Shown here: positions 1 to 12,665 of the stretch, piece after piece
How positions within the stretch are numbered: position 1 is the first letter of the stretch
Layout: each line of letters begins with the position of its first letter
Assembly (NCBI RefSeq): GCF_030028105.1
Contig: NC_092376.1
Location: forward strand, 169,475,613 to 169,539,612
Reading direction: 5' to 3'
DNA from: Mobula birostris
Taxonomy: Eukaryota
Length of the DNA: 64,000 bases
Position numbers and translations under genes: made by a program
Notes under the pieces: generated by a model
What the model saw: the letters and a program-made list of their open reading frames with translations, nothing else
The model's database searches: none
Told to the model about the DNA's origin: nothing

Positions 1-351
1 TCTCTCTTCCCACAATGTAGACAGCCTCACTACAGTCTCACTTCAGGGAAAGGATTGGTTTAAACAGAATGTAAAAACTGATCACTTGTACCTTTTGATC
101 TTTTAGTCGACTAGTTCTTCTGTTCAACCTGAAACACTCAGCATCTGTGGAAAGAAAAACACAGTAGATTGTGGCAGTAAGCCTTTGTCCTGAAATATAA
201 ATTGTTTCTCTTTATTGACCTTTATAACATGGCAAATATTTTCTCTTTTTACATTAGTTTGCTATATTGCTTTATCTGCTTTTCTCAAGTTCGTCAATGA
301 AAGGGTGTTTAGCTGACTTTAGCAACTGCCACTTGCCATGAAACTGTTTTA

Positions 352-1560
352 GACCATAAGACATAGGGGCCCAAGTAGGCTATTTTGCCCCTCAAGTCTG
401 CTCTGCCATGTCAACTTGGCTGATCTATTTTCCCTGTCAACCCCATTCTCCTGCAACAGAAATTCCTCCTCATCACCGTTCTAAATCGATGTCTCTCTAT
501 TCTGAGATTGGGCCTTCTAGTCCTAGACTCCCTCACAATAGGGTACATCTAATCCATATCTACTCTATCTAGGCCTTTTAACATTTGATAGGTTTCAATG
601 AGATACTCCTCAATCTTCAAAATTCCAGCAGATGCAAGCCCAGAGCCTTGCAACACTCCGGAATCGTTTTTGTGAACCTCCTTTGAACTTTGTCCAATGT
701 CACACATCTTTTGACAGATAAGGGGCCCACAGCTGCTCACAATACTCAAAGTGTAGCCTCACCAGTGCCTTATAACGCTTCAGCATTACATCATTGTGTT
801 TATATTCTAGTCTTCTCAAAACTAATGCTAACATTCCATTTGCCTTCCTCACCACCGACTCAAACTGCAAGTTAACTCTTGGGGAATCCTGAAAGAAGAC
901 TCCGAAGTCCCTTTGCACCTCACATTTTTGAATTTTTTCCCCATTCAGAAAATAGTCTCTTTTTATTCCTTCTGCCCACGTGCATGACCATACACCTCCC
1001 AACACAGTATTCTATCTGACACTTCTTAGATTCTACTAATCAGTCGTACAATGTCGTACCGACCAATCATTCGTTGTGCCAAGATTTCATCCACCTTATT
1101 CCAAACGTTACATGCATTTAAATACAGAACCTTCAGTCCTGTATTCTTCGCCCTTTTGAATATCGCCTCTGTTGTACAATATAGCTCTTTTGTCTGTCTG
1201 TATTTGTACCCAATCATTGACTTGTCCTTCCTTACATTCATGTTACACCTATCATCTACTTGTAAACCTGCTGGCTCATCTGCAACATTGGCTGCCCACT
1301 TGCTTTCCTGACAGTTACCCGGGTACCTGACTCCAGGATCTTAGGGGTGACTATCTCTCTGTAGCTCCTATCAATTACCTCCTCAGTTGCCTGTACGAGA
1401 CAAAGATCATCAAGCTGCAGCTCCAATACCTTAAAAAGTTCTCTGAGGATCTGAAGTTCAGTTCACCTGGTGTCGATGTGATTATCCGGGATGAAGGAGG
1501 TCTCCCAGAATTCCCACATTTCTCAAAAAGAACACAACGCAGCTCCTGGAGCCATCCTCA
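352..1560 (-). mobile_element. CR1 LINE fragments (RT 3' end plus endonuclease N-terminus, internally deleted)
   Basis: ORFs 700..1005 (KANGMLA...KALVRLHFEYCEQLWAPY) and 1026..1241 (KVLYLNACNVWNK). Confidence 0.8.
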
Positions 1561-1674
1561 CTGTTGCAACTATGTACCAAAAGATGAGGAATGGAAAATG
1601 GAGAAGAAGAAACTTCCAGTTAAGTACCTCACACAAACTTGATAAAACTATGGTAGAAGTTATTGGTGGAAAAT

Positions 1675-2050
1675 ATGGAGACGGTGCAGAGGAGATTTTC
1701 AAGGACGTTGGAGGGACAGAGGATGAAAAGTGACGTGATAGATGTGTATAAGATGATAAGAGGCAATGATCGTGTGGCTAGGCAGAGGCTTTTTCCCGGG
1801 GCTGAAATGGCCAACATGAGAAGGCACAGTTTTAAGGTGTTTGGAAGTAGGTACAGAGGAGATGTCAGGCGTAAGTTTTTTACATAGAGAGTGGTGAGTG
1901 CGTAGAATGGGCTGCCAGTGACAGTGGCGGAGGCAGATACAATAGGGTCTTTTAAGAGACTCCTGTAAAGGGTACATTGAGCTTAGAAAACTAGAGGGCG
2001 AGGGGTCACCCTAGGTAATTTCTGAAGTAATTACATGTTTGGCACAGCAT
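1675..2050 (+). mobile_element. CR1 LINE 3' fragment
   Basis: ORF 1663..1887 (VQRRFSR...YKMIRG..RV...LFP...RRHSFKV). Confidence 0.75.
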
Positions 2051-2869
2051 AGTGGGACAAAAGACATGTTTTGGCTTGGTTAAAAGGCTAGGTTTTCTAT
2101 GTTCCCAAAACAAAGCCTCCCACTCAAACAGTTCCACTCACACAATGACCACTCCAACAATGGATGCTCTGTTTGTACCTACCATATGTTTATTTGTCCT
2201 TGCTAATGATTGCTGTTTCTTCGGGCCATCGGAAAATGGCGAATCCCGCGAATACTCTTTCTTACATCTGATGCATGGACCTGTGAAGTGCCTTCTCTCT
2301 CTCTCTTTCCCAACACAGCTAGGCTGCTGGAAAATTTCCATTGATTCTTCTTTTATTCTAGTGATGAATATCAATTCCTTAGTTTTCTTTTTAATTTTGT
2401 TCTTCTGGTTCCTTAAGAAATGTTCTTGTGCTGTTGTAGGATTCACTGTCAGCAAGTGGAACAATCATCATTGATGTGAGAGGAGACAATCTTCCAGAGC
2501 AAATAAGGTAGCTTTTGATCTGAAATTTATACAGAGAAGGATAAATGCCTATTTCAGTCATTGTTATCGTCAAAATGTCTAAATGCATAATGAATTTTAA
2601 ACAATAAGTGTTCCACATTTGTCTAGCTGGTGATGATTTAGGTTCAGATTTTACACAAATCAAACATTGGTTATTTGAAATTAACAATGTAACAGCGCAG
2701 AAGTTAAAAACCAGAAACAAACACGTAAAATTCTGGAAGAACTCAGCAGATGAAATAAATGTAGAAATAAAAACAGAGGCTATGTTTCAAATAGAAGATC
2801 AATCATCAGAATTGAAAAATACTGTTGAAAAAATGCAAGTTGTCAGGAACAGAGTGTGTTGAAATTGAT

Positions 2870-3520
2870 GGATTGGACAATGTGGTAATATCTGAGGGGT
2901 AAGGTCATAATTGTCATGGAACAAGGTGTTGATGAAGATAAATATATGAGAGGTTCATGAGGGCTTAAACAGTGAGAGGCAAGAACAAACAAAGGAAAGT
3001 AAAAGGAGATTTTAAGACAGGGCTGAACAAACTACTCAACAGGTTGTGCCATGATCATGGAGAGAGTAAAAAATGAACCAATATTAGAGGCTGATGTTTT
3101 ACCAGAGAAAAGACAGATCATGGAGACATAGAGAAATCATGGTACTTCATGCCACTAATTTTGATATTGAGACATGAAAGTTGTATTGTGCCTCTGTGGC
3201 AGCTGATGTGCTGTTTCTCAAGCTTATAGTAGGTGTCATTATAACTGCCCAGTCGATAGAACAGAGGTAGGTCAGAGTGGAGTTAGAATGAAGAATTAAT
3301 TTGACATGCAACAGGAAACTCTTTGTTGTTACAAGGCAGTCACCTGATATGCATTTGGTTTTTCCATTGTCGACGAGACTAACTTTCAGACAATTAATAC
3401 GGTATATTAGATTGTGAAATGTGCAAGTGAATCTCTGCTTCAGTAGCTTGCAATGTTTCAGTTCTGGGATAACGGCAGGGAAGTGGAATAAAGGCAGGTG
3501 ATGCATGTCCTGCAGTGGTC
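2870..3520 (-). mobile_element. Degraded Penelope-like GIY-YIG remnant
   Basis: ORF 3147..3506 (QRFTCTFHNLIYRINCLK...GKTK) resembles the 13647 copy. Confidence 0.55.
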
Positions 3521-4169
3521 TGGGTAAACGCTGTGACTTGGTGAAGATAATGATGCAGCCGAGGGGGGACTGTACTTTCAGAATGTTTATACCAAAGACT
3601 TGTCTACCGGTGGAATTTTGTTAAAGAAAACAGAAAGTCCAAAGGATGACCACTGAAGTCCATCAGTTTTAATGAATACCCATCACTCACCAAATCAGAG
3701 AGGAAGCTGGGCAATTTCAGAAAGTGATGGGTAGACATGTTTTGTGGAGGTGTGTTTGCATAGAGGATAGCCAAACGCAATTACAACACCAGAGTCATGG
3801 GTTTAATTCTCTCATAGGGTATGAGGAGTTTATACATTTTCCCCATGACTACGGGGATTTCCCCTGGATGCTCTGGTTTCCTCCTACATTTGAAACATGC
3901 ACAGGATAGTCTGTGAATTGGTCACATGTGTGATAAGTTGGAACAGGCTCGTTCGGCTGGAAGGGCCTGTTACTGTGCTGGAACTCTAAATACGAAAAAA
4001 ATCCAGAGATAGACTGTATGAAAATGTGAGCAGAGTGCAAATTTTCAGCACAAGTAAAGAAAGATTTGAGTCCTGTACAAGGGTAGGAAGCAGAGTCAAT
4101 AGATCTGACATTGTAGCAAAGAAATGGTTGAAGAAGGGAGCCCAAATTGTGTAGAAACTTCTCCACCTG

Positions 4170-4236
4170 TAGTGCTGTGCAAAAGTCTGAGGCACATATA
4201 TATAGCTAGGGTGCCTCAGATTTTGCAGAGTACTGT
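4170..4236. mobile_element. ~65-bp palindromic Tc1/mariner-type MITE
   Basis: cagtactgtgcaaaagtcttaggcac-like inverted arms; sister copies at 18117-18179 and 18774-18840. Confidence 0.65.
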
Positions 4237-4934
4237 AGTAATTTTATATATTTCACTCTACTTCTGATGCAAACGATCAAATTTCATCACACATGTGAGT
4301 GATGACATGCCTGATTCTGATATGGGTCTCAATTGTGGATGGAGAATGGGAAGGGAGCAAGGAGAGGGGATCATAGATGGGAAAATGGTAAGGACGATGG
4401 GAGCGTGACATTCTGTTGTGATGAATAAATCAATTTTCAAATACCTTGCCTGGTGTCTCAGGACTGGGTGTGTCTGCACCCGTGCCATCTCCCAATCCTG
4501 GCACTGCTTCTCTGCCACCTGTCCCACACCCTCGCCATTTCCAACATTGTTTGCTCTTGTCAGATTTACAACGTCGTTCTCCTCTCAACATTGATAAATA
4601 CAGTATACTGTAAAAGTCTTAGGTCCTCTCTGGTTCTCTGACTGCCCTGGATCATTTAACTTTAATCAGTTGCAAAATGCGTTTCAAAAGGGAAAACTGA
4701 CATTGTACACTGGGCAGACTGTTAGTAAGACTTTTGTGCTTAGACCATTGTCGGGTCTCTTGGAGAGGTTGGAAATGAGGATTACACCAGTATTGTTGAG
4801 TAACAAGTTTAGAAATTCATGTCAACAATGATGACAGACGAATAGTGAATGTCCATGTAAGGATGGACCAAGTCACAGAGTCGTGAGAGTACAGCGCAGA
4901 AACAGGCCCTTCGGCCCATCTATCCCTGAATGAG

Positions 4935-5141
4935 ATGAAGATCTTGCTGTTCCTTGCTTTCCATATTGCTTTCATGTCAATGGAGAATGTTGGATTCCAG
5001 GGTGCTGTTAGAGAAACTGTTGCCATATCACCTTCTTTATGGTGGGACCATGAGTCTACAGTGAACCAACAGAGAAAGGAATCAGTATCTGAGAGTATCA
5101 ATAGGCATCTCTTCCCGGCGGCCAATCTATTCTGGATATCA
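4935..5141 (+). CDS. Candidate first (leader) exon, ...INRHLFPAANLFWIS; start codon uncertain
   Basis: Consensus donor TCA|GTGAGT at 5142 is in phase 0 with the open frame from ATG 4935 (MKILLFLAFHIAFMSM...), which is the phase the 5896 micro-exon requires. The resulting 69-aa leader would be unusually long, and in-frame ATGs also occur at codons 14 and 16. Confidence 0.4.
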
Positions 5142-5895
5142 GTGAGTGTCTTTTGTTGTTAGAGCCTCACACTTCCATTAAATTAGAGAACATTACTTTA
5201 TATCTCTCACATACACTGTCAATGTCAGAGAATAAGAGAAGCATGAGACCTCACTGCCCACCTCCTCACAACATCCTGCTCTGATCTGGTCCATTGGCCA
5301 TTTGGCTGGTTCATTAGATTTTCTGATCATGTCAACTGTCAACAAGTGTTTGTTGGGATTTGCTGATACTCATTCCACAACATGATGTTACCGTGGAGAC
5401 CTGATCAACACATAGGCAGACACAAGAATATAATAATTTTTCTGACTTCCTATCCTCAGTTAGATCAATTTGTTTAGTTCCCGACCAGTGCAAATTATAA
5501 CAGTTCAGGACAATTTTAACAAGTGTGCTGTTCTTTACTGTTCTCACAACTGAAAGAGGAACCAAAACGATGCTGTCATTTTCTTTGGAAATGAAAAGAG
5601 TAATCTTTATCTATATTGTGACAGGAAGAGGGTGTGACTGTGAACAGTTACAGTTTGCAATTGGAATGAGCAAAATACTTTGTTTCTCTTTCCTTCAGAC
5701 TCCGAGGTGTTAAAAACATTGACTAAATCCACTCCAGATTTACTTCTGGTCATTTCAGAAGACTGGATCTACACGTTTCAGTATTTGTTTCACTCTGACA
5801 GGGAAAGAGATGGAACCTGTGAAATGAAGTTTTAAGCTGGCTGCAGCAAAATGTCCTCTCTTGTGATATTCAGTTTATTTGTTTCGCTCCTTCAG

Positions 5896-5911
5896 TCTGG
5901 TTTCACCCAAA
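5896..5911 (+). CDS. 16-nt leader micro-exon (SGFTQ + first base of K)
   Basis: Pyrimidine tract tttgtttcgctccttcAG precedes it and a perfect GTAAGT donor follows at 5912. Phase 0 in and phase 1 out join A+AA=K onto the D1 exon. Confidence 0.65.
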
Positions 5912-7269
5912 GTAAGTACTTTAGCTCACCGATTAGTCACTGTTGTTTTCTGCATTTTCAGTGCTTGTACATATCAGGAGGGACTGTGGATCCAGTGTGT
6001 CTGGACATTTAGTTGTTCCTTCAGTAAGGTTGTACGCAAGAAGTTAAAAGAAAATGACGTGGATGGTATTGGGTGTAATATGGAGATGTGCACCAAGGAT
6101 ATTCCAACAATTCAGGTGCTGTGGATATAGTTCAGCAAAACAGGTGAAGCGGACTGGAACTGAATTATTCAGAGGTTAAAAGAGTTCAAGATGATCTTAC
6201 CGAAACATACAAAATTCTGTGGTGTATAGAGTCAGGCCAAGAAAAATGAAAAAAAAAAGATCTTTTCTGTATACTAGTTATTGTTCAGGATTTTCAGTTG
6301 TATAGAGCTGTGTACACTCTGTCATAGCAAGTACAGCGATCAATAGCATTCTGGATGTTCAAGGAATTATGTAACATGGGGTCAGTAGAAGAAAGTGGTG
6401 CTGAGGGTCAGGTCAGACATGATCTTGTTGAATGATATAGCAGGAATGATGGGCTGAATGGTATACTGCTGCTTCAATATTATTACTTATTGAACAAAAA
6501 GGTTCTTGAACAAAAGGGGATAACGACACACATTTAAGTACTCTTTTATCTTTCTACTTCATGCTCATTATTTATTGCTATTTATTTATAACTGCATTTG
6601 CACAGATTATTCTCCATTGATCCTGTTTACAGTTACTGTTCTATAGATTTTCTATGTAGGCGCACAGAAAAAGAATCTCTGGGTTGTATGTGGTTCCATG
6701 TATGTACTCTGATAATATATTTCACTTTGAACTTTGAATTTCTTGAAGTCATACACTGGTTATTCAGAAAACAAGTGTGCTCTTGATGTCCACAGCTCCA
6801 CACCTTACAATCTGTCTAAAAATTCTTTCAGCTTCCACAAGACAAACAGCATCTCAGCTACTTTACCTGGAGTTTGGAGGAGCCATCACATTGCTTAATA
6901 TTATAAATATATTTTAGATGGGATACTTGTGTCCTCAGAAACTGAACAGGACAGCACAGCAATGGGCTATTCTTCCCACTGTGTCGATGTCAAACATGAT
7001 GTCAATTTAAACTGTATGACTGTCTGCACATTGTCTATATTGTTCTCCTCCTCTGTCTTCTCTCAAGCTTGTTTAAACACCTCTTCAATGTTGCTCCTGT
7101 ATCTGCTTCTACTAACTTCCCTGGCAGCAAATTCCAGGCCCCCTCTAATCTCTCCTTATAAAAACTTGTCTCATAAGTTTCATTTAAACATTCCCTCTCT
7201 CACATTAAAGCTATGCCATCTCGTGTTTCACTTTTACACACTGAGAAAACGAGTATCTCAGTTATGCCT

Positions 7270-8100
7270 CTTATAACTAAAAAATTCTCCAAAATCTCTC
7301 CTTGGCATTGGAAAAAAAGCAATACATTTGTCTAATTTCTCTTTATAGCTAATACTGTTTAATTCAAGCTACATCCAGATGAGACTCTTTCCCAGCTCTC
7401 CAAAGCCTCTAAACTGTCCACACTTTCTGTTTCACTGCGACTGGAACAGCACACAACACTCCAATGTGGCGTAACCAATGGTTTACACAGCTGCAACACA
7501 ACCTGCTGACTTTTATACTCAGCACCCTGACCATTGAAGGCAAGTATACTGCGAGGCTTCTTTACCAATCTATCAGAGACCAGTGGACTCGTACCACAAG
7601 GTGCTTGTGTACATCAGCAGCCCTGTGGGACATGGCATTTACTGTATATTTACCTCTTGCAATTGATGTCCTCAAGATCAACACATCACATTTGTGTGCA
7701 TTAAATTCCATCAGGCATTGCACTGTCCCAATTTATAACTGGTCTGTAAACTGCTGAATTCTATGACAACTTTATTCATTATCCACAATCCACTAACATA
7801 CCAAATTCCATTTTTCTCCAAATCATTGACATATATCAATGATCACTGTGGTACATGACTGGCAACAGACTTCCCGTCAGACTGACACCAATCTACCACT
7901 TCCCTCTGTCTCCTATGGCCAAACTGATTTGGAGTCCCACCTATCAACTCTCCATGGATCCTATGTGGTTTTATGTTCAGTATCAGTGAATCACTGGGGA
8001 TCATGTTGAAAGCTTTACCATGTCTGTGTATACAGCATTCACTGTCCTATCCTCACAAATCATTTGTTATCTCCTCAAAAAATGTCAATCAAGTTTGTAA
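7270..8100 (-). mobile_element. Degraded CR1 fragment
   Basis: ORF 7359..7568 (YKSQQVVLQLCKPLVTPHW). Confidence 0.55.
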
Positions 8101-8329
8101 GACAAGATGCCCCCATGCAGGGCATGCTGATTATTCCTAAAGCTGGTTGTCCAGATGTGAGAACTCCCCCTCCTAACAGGATTTTCAAACAATTTCCATA
8201 CAACTGATGTAAGACTCTCTAGCGTGTGTGGATTTTGTGAATAAAACATGTGAGATTCACCTGGCTTGGGTCTTATGTGCCTTGGTTGGAATAGCAACGT
8301 GTCTCTGAGCCGTCCTGGGGTGTGCTGAC

Positions 8330-11075
8330 ACCCACATGGTCATGTCGTGATGCAGAGGGTATGATAATGGAACCATCCAGGTCCTGTGGGCTAATTTAAG
8401 ACAATCTTCAAAACTACATTCAGGTTTACCTTTCCGAACTACAATAAAAGTCTTTTTGCTCCTTTTTCCAATGCAGAATAGACGATTGTAAGAGGGCTTA
8501 AGGAGGGATTGATGTGCATCATTGCAGACAAAAAGGAACGAGGCGGAACATAGGTCAACTGGAACCCAGTAAAGCTGTATGGCGTGGTGTGAGATAGGAA
8601 AAGGATTAAAGGAACTGATTTCTCTGAGCAAGGCAGATCGTTGCTGAGAAGCCAACCAAGTAGTCATGACATCAGGAATAAAATCACCCGCAGATAATGC
8701 CACTGCAGATAAACCAACTCACCTGCTGAGGGCAGCAAATCATGTTTTAGAGCCATTCCAAAACACAGGAGGACCCACAGGAGATGATCGTGCCAATATT
8801 TGACCATCAGAAGGGCCCTGAGAGCTGTCTTTAAGGAATAGTGAAACTGCTCACACAGGCCATTGGATTGCGGGTGATATGCTATGGTGTGATGTAGTTT
8901 AACACCGAGCTTCGGGACCACTGCAGCGCAGAGGTTGGGTGTGATTTGGGGACTACGGTCAGAAGAACTATCAGGTCGGGCCCTGAACCGAGTGACCCAG
9001 TTATTGTTGAATGCCCAAAACACGTCCACTGCTGTCATTGACACTCCAGAGACAAACTGTAGCCACCTGGTGGTGTGGTCCACCATGGTAAGGAGGTGTG
9101 TGAACCTACAGTTGTGGGCGGTGAGAGGACTAACCAGGTCCACTTTAATGTTGTCAAACCGTCTCTCTGGGACATGGAAAGCTTTGCCGGTGCCCGCATA
9201 TGACAATTAATCTCGCACTCCAGTCTCGCGCAACCTTTCTAAGGCCATGCCACACAAACTTTAGAGCAACCAGTTTCGGTGAAGCCTTGTCGCCAAGTTG
9301 CGAAAGGCTGTGAATGGAGTTATAAACTGTCTGCCTCCAGTTTGCAGGCACTATGGGGTGAGGGCAACCAGTTGAGACATCAGATAGGAGAGAAACTCCA
9401 GCGTCCCTTCAGCACGTGACCTCTATCCTGTAAGCCTCTATTCGGTAGTTTGGTCGGATGCCATGCCAGCTTAGTCAACCCTGATGTGTACGGCATCAAT
9501 GGCAGGCCATGAGAGGCAATCAGCCACAGCATTATTTTTCCCTTCAATGTGCTGTATGTCAATCATGAATTCCAAAATACAGGCCAGGTGGCATGGCTGC
9601 CATGCAAACCAAGGGCCTGATTCTTTGGCCATCACATACACAAAGGGTTTGTGGTCATTGAACACTGTAAACTGCTAACCCTCCAGTAGAAAACAAAATT
9701 GACAGATGACCAGATGTAGACCACGGAGCTCATGGTCAAACATCCCTCAGAGGGATAGAGGATCCAGCTGAAGAACATAAACGGCTACCACTCTCCTGTA
9801 ACCAACTGTCCACGCACGGCGCACACAGCAGAGACTAAAGAGTCAACAGTGATGGCTGTAGGTTATTGGCGAACAGGTGCGCCTGTTGAATCATGCTCGA
9901 AAGAGCTTGTTTAGTCTCATCAAATGCTCTGATCATGTCTGCTGACCACTCAAGAATGTGACTGGAGCTCTGCTTTTAAGGGCACTTTTCAATCGGAGCA
10001 GAATTTTAGCAGTTTGTGGAATTAAATGGTGATCGAAATTCATCATACTTTGAACTCTTTCTGTGCTTCAGTAGTGCGAAGCGGTGGAAGTCCATAATAG
10101 TGGTGCCCTTGATAGCTGGGGCCAGAAGGTGGCAAGAAATTTGATAGTAGACAACCAGAACAGGCATTTGGCGGGATCAATAAGCATAGAACGTTGGCTT
10201 AAGCACTTGAAAAGTATTCGGTTTTGGATGTGCTGGTGACAAGAATGTCATCCAGGTAAACAAAAAGATCATCTGAATCTTTTAACATAGAGTTGATTAG
10301 GCATGGCATTTTCAGCCCCAGTGGCAGGCATAGAAACTCAAATAGGCCAGACGGGTTTATAAACATGCAGCTTTGGGAATGTTCTCACTGCATGTTGGCA
10401 ATGAATGGTAGCTCCTGAGTAAGTCCACTTTAGAAAATTTCATCTTAATGACTAAACATGCTGAAAAACCTTGAATATGTGAGTCTGGGCAATAATTGGG
10501 TGTGGTGGTCTCATTCTGTTGGTGATAATCACTACATGGACGGCAACCACCATCGGGCTTAGTGACCATGTGGGGAGGTGAAGCCCGAGGGCGATTCGAC
10601 CCATGTACAATGTCAAGCATTTCCGTGTTTACAATCTCAGCTTTTGTTTTGGCCAGCTTTTCTGATACTTGTCTACACGGACGGGCATGGAGTGATGAGC
10701 CAGTTGTGCAAGTGTGGTGCCCAATCCCATGCTTTGTGACTATAGTGGAAACTGTGGGTTTGTTGAGGTTTGTGAGTTTGCCCAGCAAGTGAGTGAATTC
10801 ACATGTGCTGGTGCGTAGAAACATGGGAACATAGAAAGCCTGCAGCACAATACAGGGCCTGTCGCACACAGGAAATCTGCACCAAGCAGATGTCTGGCAA
10901 ATTTAGCCAAGACAGAATCCCATATGTAGCATCATCCACTGAAGCATCGCGTCACGTGTCGTGTCCCTGTTGCCACTGGCAGCCTCCATTGAGGATCCTT
11001 TGCTCTCTGCCTTATCGACGATGCCAGCAGCACACTCACTTCAGCAGCAAGATCACACAGCTAGTGTCACCAGCA
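8330..11075 (-). mobile_element. Decayed Ty3/Gypsy LTR-retrotransposon pol region (PR-RT-RH-IN)
   Basis: Minus-strand fragments in Gypsy order: protease remnant ~10830-11070; RT (ORF 10357..10869, YLDD at 10247-10258); RNase H (DHKP...HIEGKNNAVADCLS); integrase core (HPQSNGLCEQFH, ORF 8664..9206) and post-integrase tail. Many stops and frameshifts; LTRs not identified. Confidence 0.92.
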
Positions 11076-11614
11076 CATCCACTGCCAATTTCTCTCACCC
11101 TCCTCTCCACGCTAATACTGACCCCTGTCGATGAGCAATCAGAGTAAATTTTGTCTATCATCCCTTTTCAATGTCAATTGTTTTGTTTCAATGATACATG
11201 ACTGTAGCCATGACTACATTGAGCGTAGAGTATTATTGCCCATTTGTATTTGTAATGGATGCCACCTTGGTAAAGCAGGCAACATAATCAAAGTCTCCTT
11301 TCATCCTGGACATTCCTTTTTCTCCCCAATCCCATCGGGCAGAAGATGCAAAAGTCTGAAAGCATTTATCATCAGGCTCAATGAAAGCTTCTGTTCTGCT
11401 GTTGACGACAATGCAATGGATCTCTAGTACAATAAGATAGATTCTTGATCTCACAATCCACCTCATCATGGCTTTGCAGCGTATTACTTGCCTACACTGT
11501 ACTTCCTCTGTATCTGTAACAGTTTATTATGCATTGTGTAATTGCTTTCCCTTGTCCTGCCTGAAGTGCTGAAGCCATTATATGAACTGTGTAGAAGGCA
11601 GTTTAACAAAGCTG

Positions 11615-11995
11615 CCTCACCACCCCTCCCACAATGTGTATCTCCCACACCACCCTTCCCACAGTGTGTATCTCCCTCACCACCACTCCCACAGTGTGTA
11701 TCTCCCCCACCCCACCCCTCCCACAGCATGGAGTTCTCTCACCATCACCTCCCACAGAGTGGATTTCCCTCACCATCCCTCCCATTGCATTGTATTCTCT
11801 CACCACCCACCTACAATGTGGAGTTCCCTCACCATCACCTCCCACAGTGTGTATCTCCCTCACCACCTCTCCCACAATCTGTATCTCCCTCACCACCTCT
11901 CCGACAATCTGTGTCTCCCACACCACCACTCCCACAGTGTGTATCTCCCTCACCACCCCTCCCACAATGCACATTTCCCTCACCACCCCTCCCAC
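11615..11995. repeat. 30-bp minisatellite (unit ~ccacagtgtgtatctccctcaccacccctc), block A
   Basis: About 12 imperfect tandem units; source of the overlapping low-complexity ORFs. Confidence 0.92.
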
Positions 11996-12253
11996 AGTAC
12001 AGATTTCCCTCCTGTCCTTGGTACATATGGCAGTAATGAACCATCTTACCATTTTAATTGTGTTAGTGGTTTTTTTGTGATCAACTGATAATTGTAATAC
12101 TGCACCAATGGAACATTGATACTGAGTGAAATAGAATGAAACGTTTGTGATTTCATGTTGTAACATTTTCATTGTTTCTCTTTTTTAACAGAAAATCCAA
12201 AACATTTTTATATTTTTGATAAAATAGATATAATTGTCTTCACTGGACTGGAC
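11996..12253 (+). pseudogene. Duplicated intron end plus truncated D1 exon start (decoy acceptor AG at 12190-12191)
   Basis: About 260-bp direct copy of 12466-12727, offset 474 bp. It translates as NPKHFYIFDKIDIIVFTGLD and then runs into minisatellite. Confidence 0.9.
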
Positions 12254-12465
12254 ACAGTGTGTATCTCCCTCACCACCCTTCCCACAGTGTGTCTCTCCCT
12301 CACCACCTTTCCCACAGTGTGTATCTCCCTCACCAACCCTCCCACAATCTGTATCTCCCTCACCACCCCTCCCACAGTGTGTATCTCCGTCACCACCTCT
12401 CCCACAATCTGTATCTCCCTTCATCACCCCTCCCACAATGTGTATCTCCCTCACCACCCCTCCCA
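12254..12465. repeat. 30-bp minisatellite, block B
   Basis: About 7 units of the same repeat between the two copies of the D1 acceptor region. Confidence 0.92.
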
Positions 12466-12665
12466 CAGTACAGATTTCCGTCCTGTACCTTGGTACATAT
12501 GATAGTAATGAACCATCTTACCTTTTTAATTGTGTTAGTGGTTTTGTTGTGTTCAACTGTTAAAATAGTAATACTGCACCAATGGAACATTGATACCGAG
12601 TGAAATAGAATGAAACATTTGTGATTTCATGTTCTAACATTTTCATTGTTTCTCTTTTTTAACAG

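Noticed and set aside
8100-8330. 3' LTR and polypurine tract of the Gypsy element
   Set aside because: A purine tract exists on the minus strand at ~8161-8174, but it is not followed by a TG start and has no matching second LTR.
11484-12603. Many long overlapping ORFs (up to 189 aa) rich in Pro/His/Cys/Gly
   Set aside because: They are translations of a 30-bp minisatellite that is stop-free in several frames.
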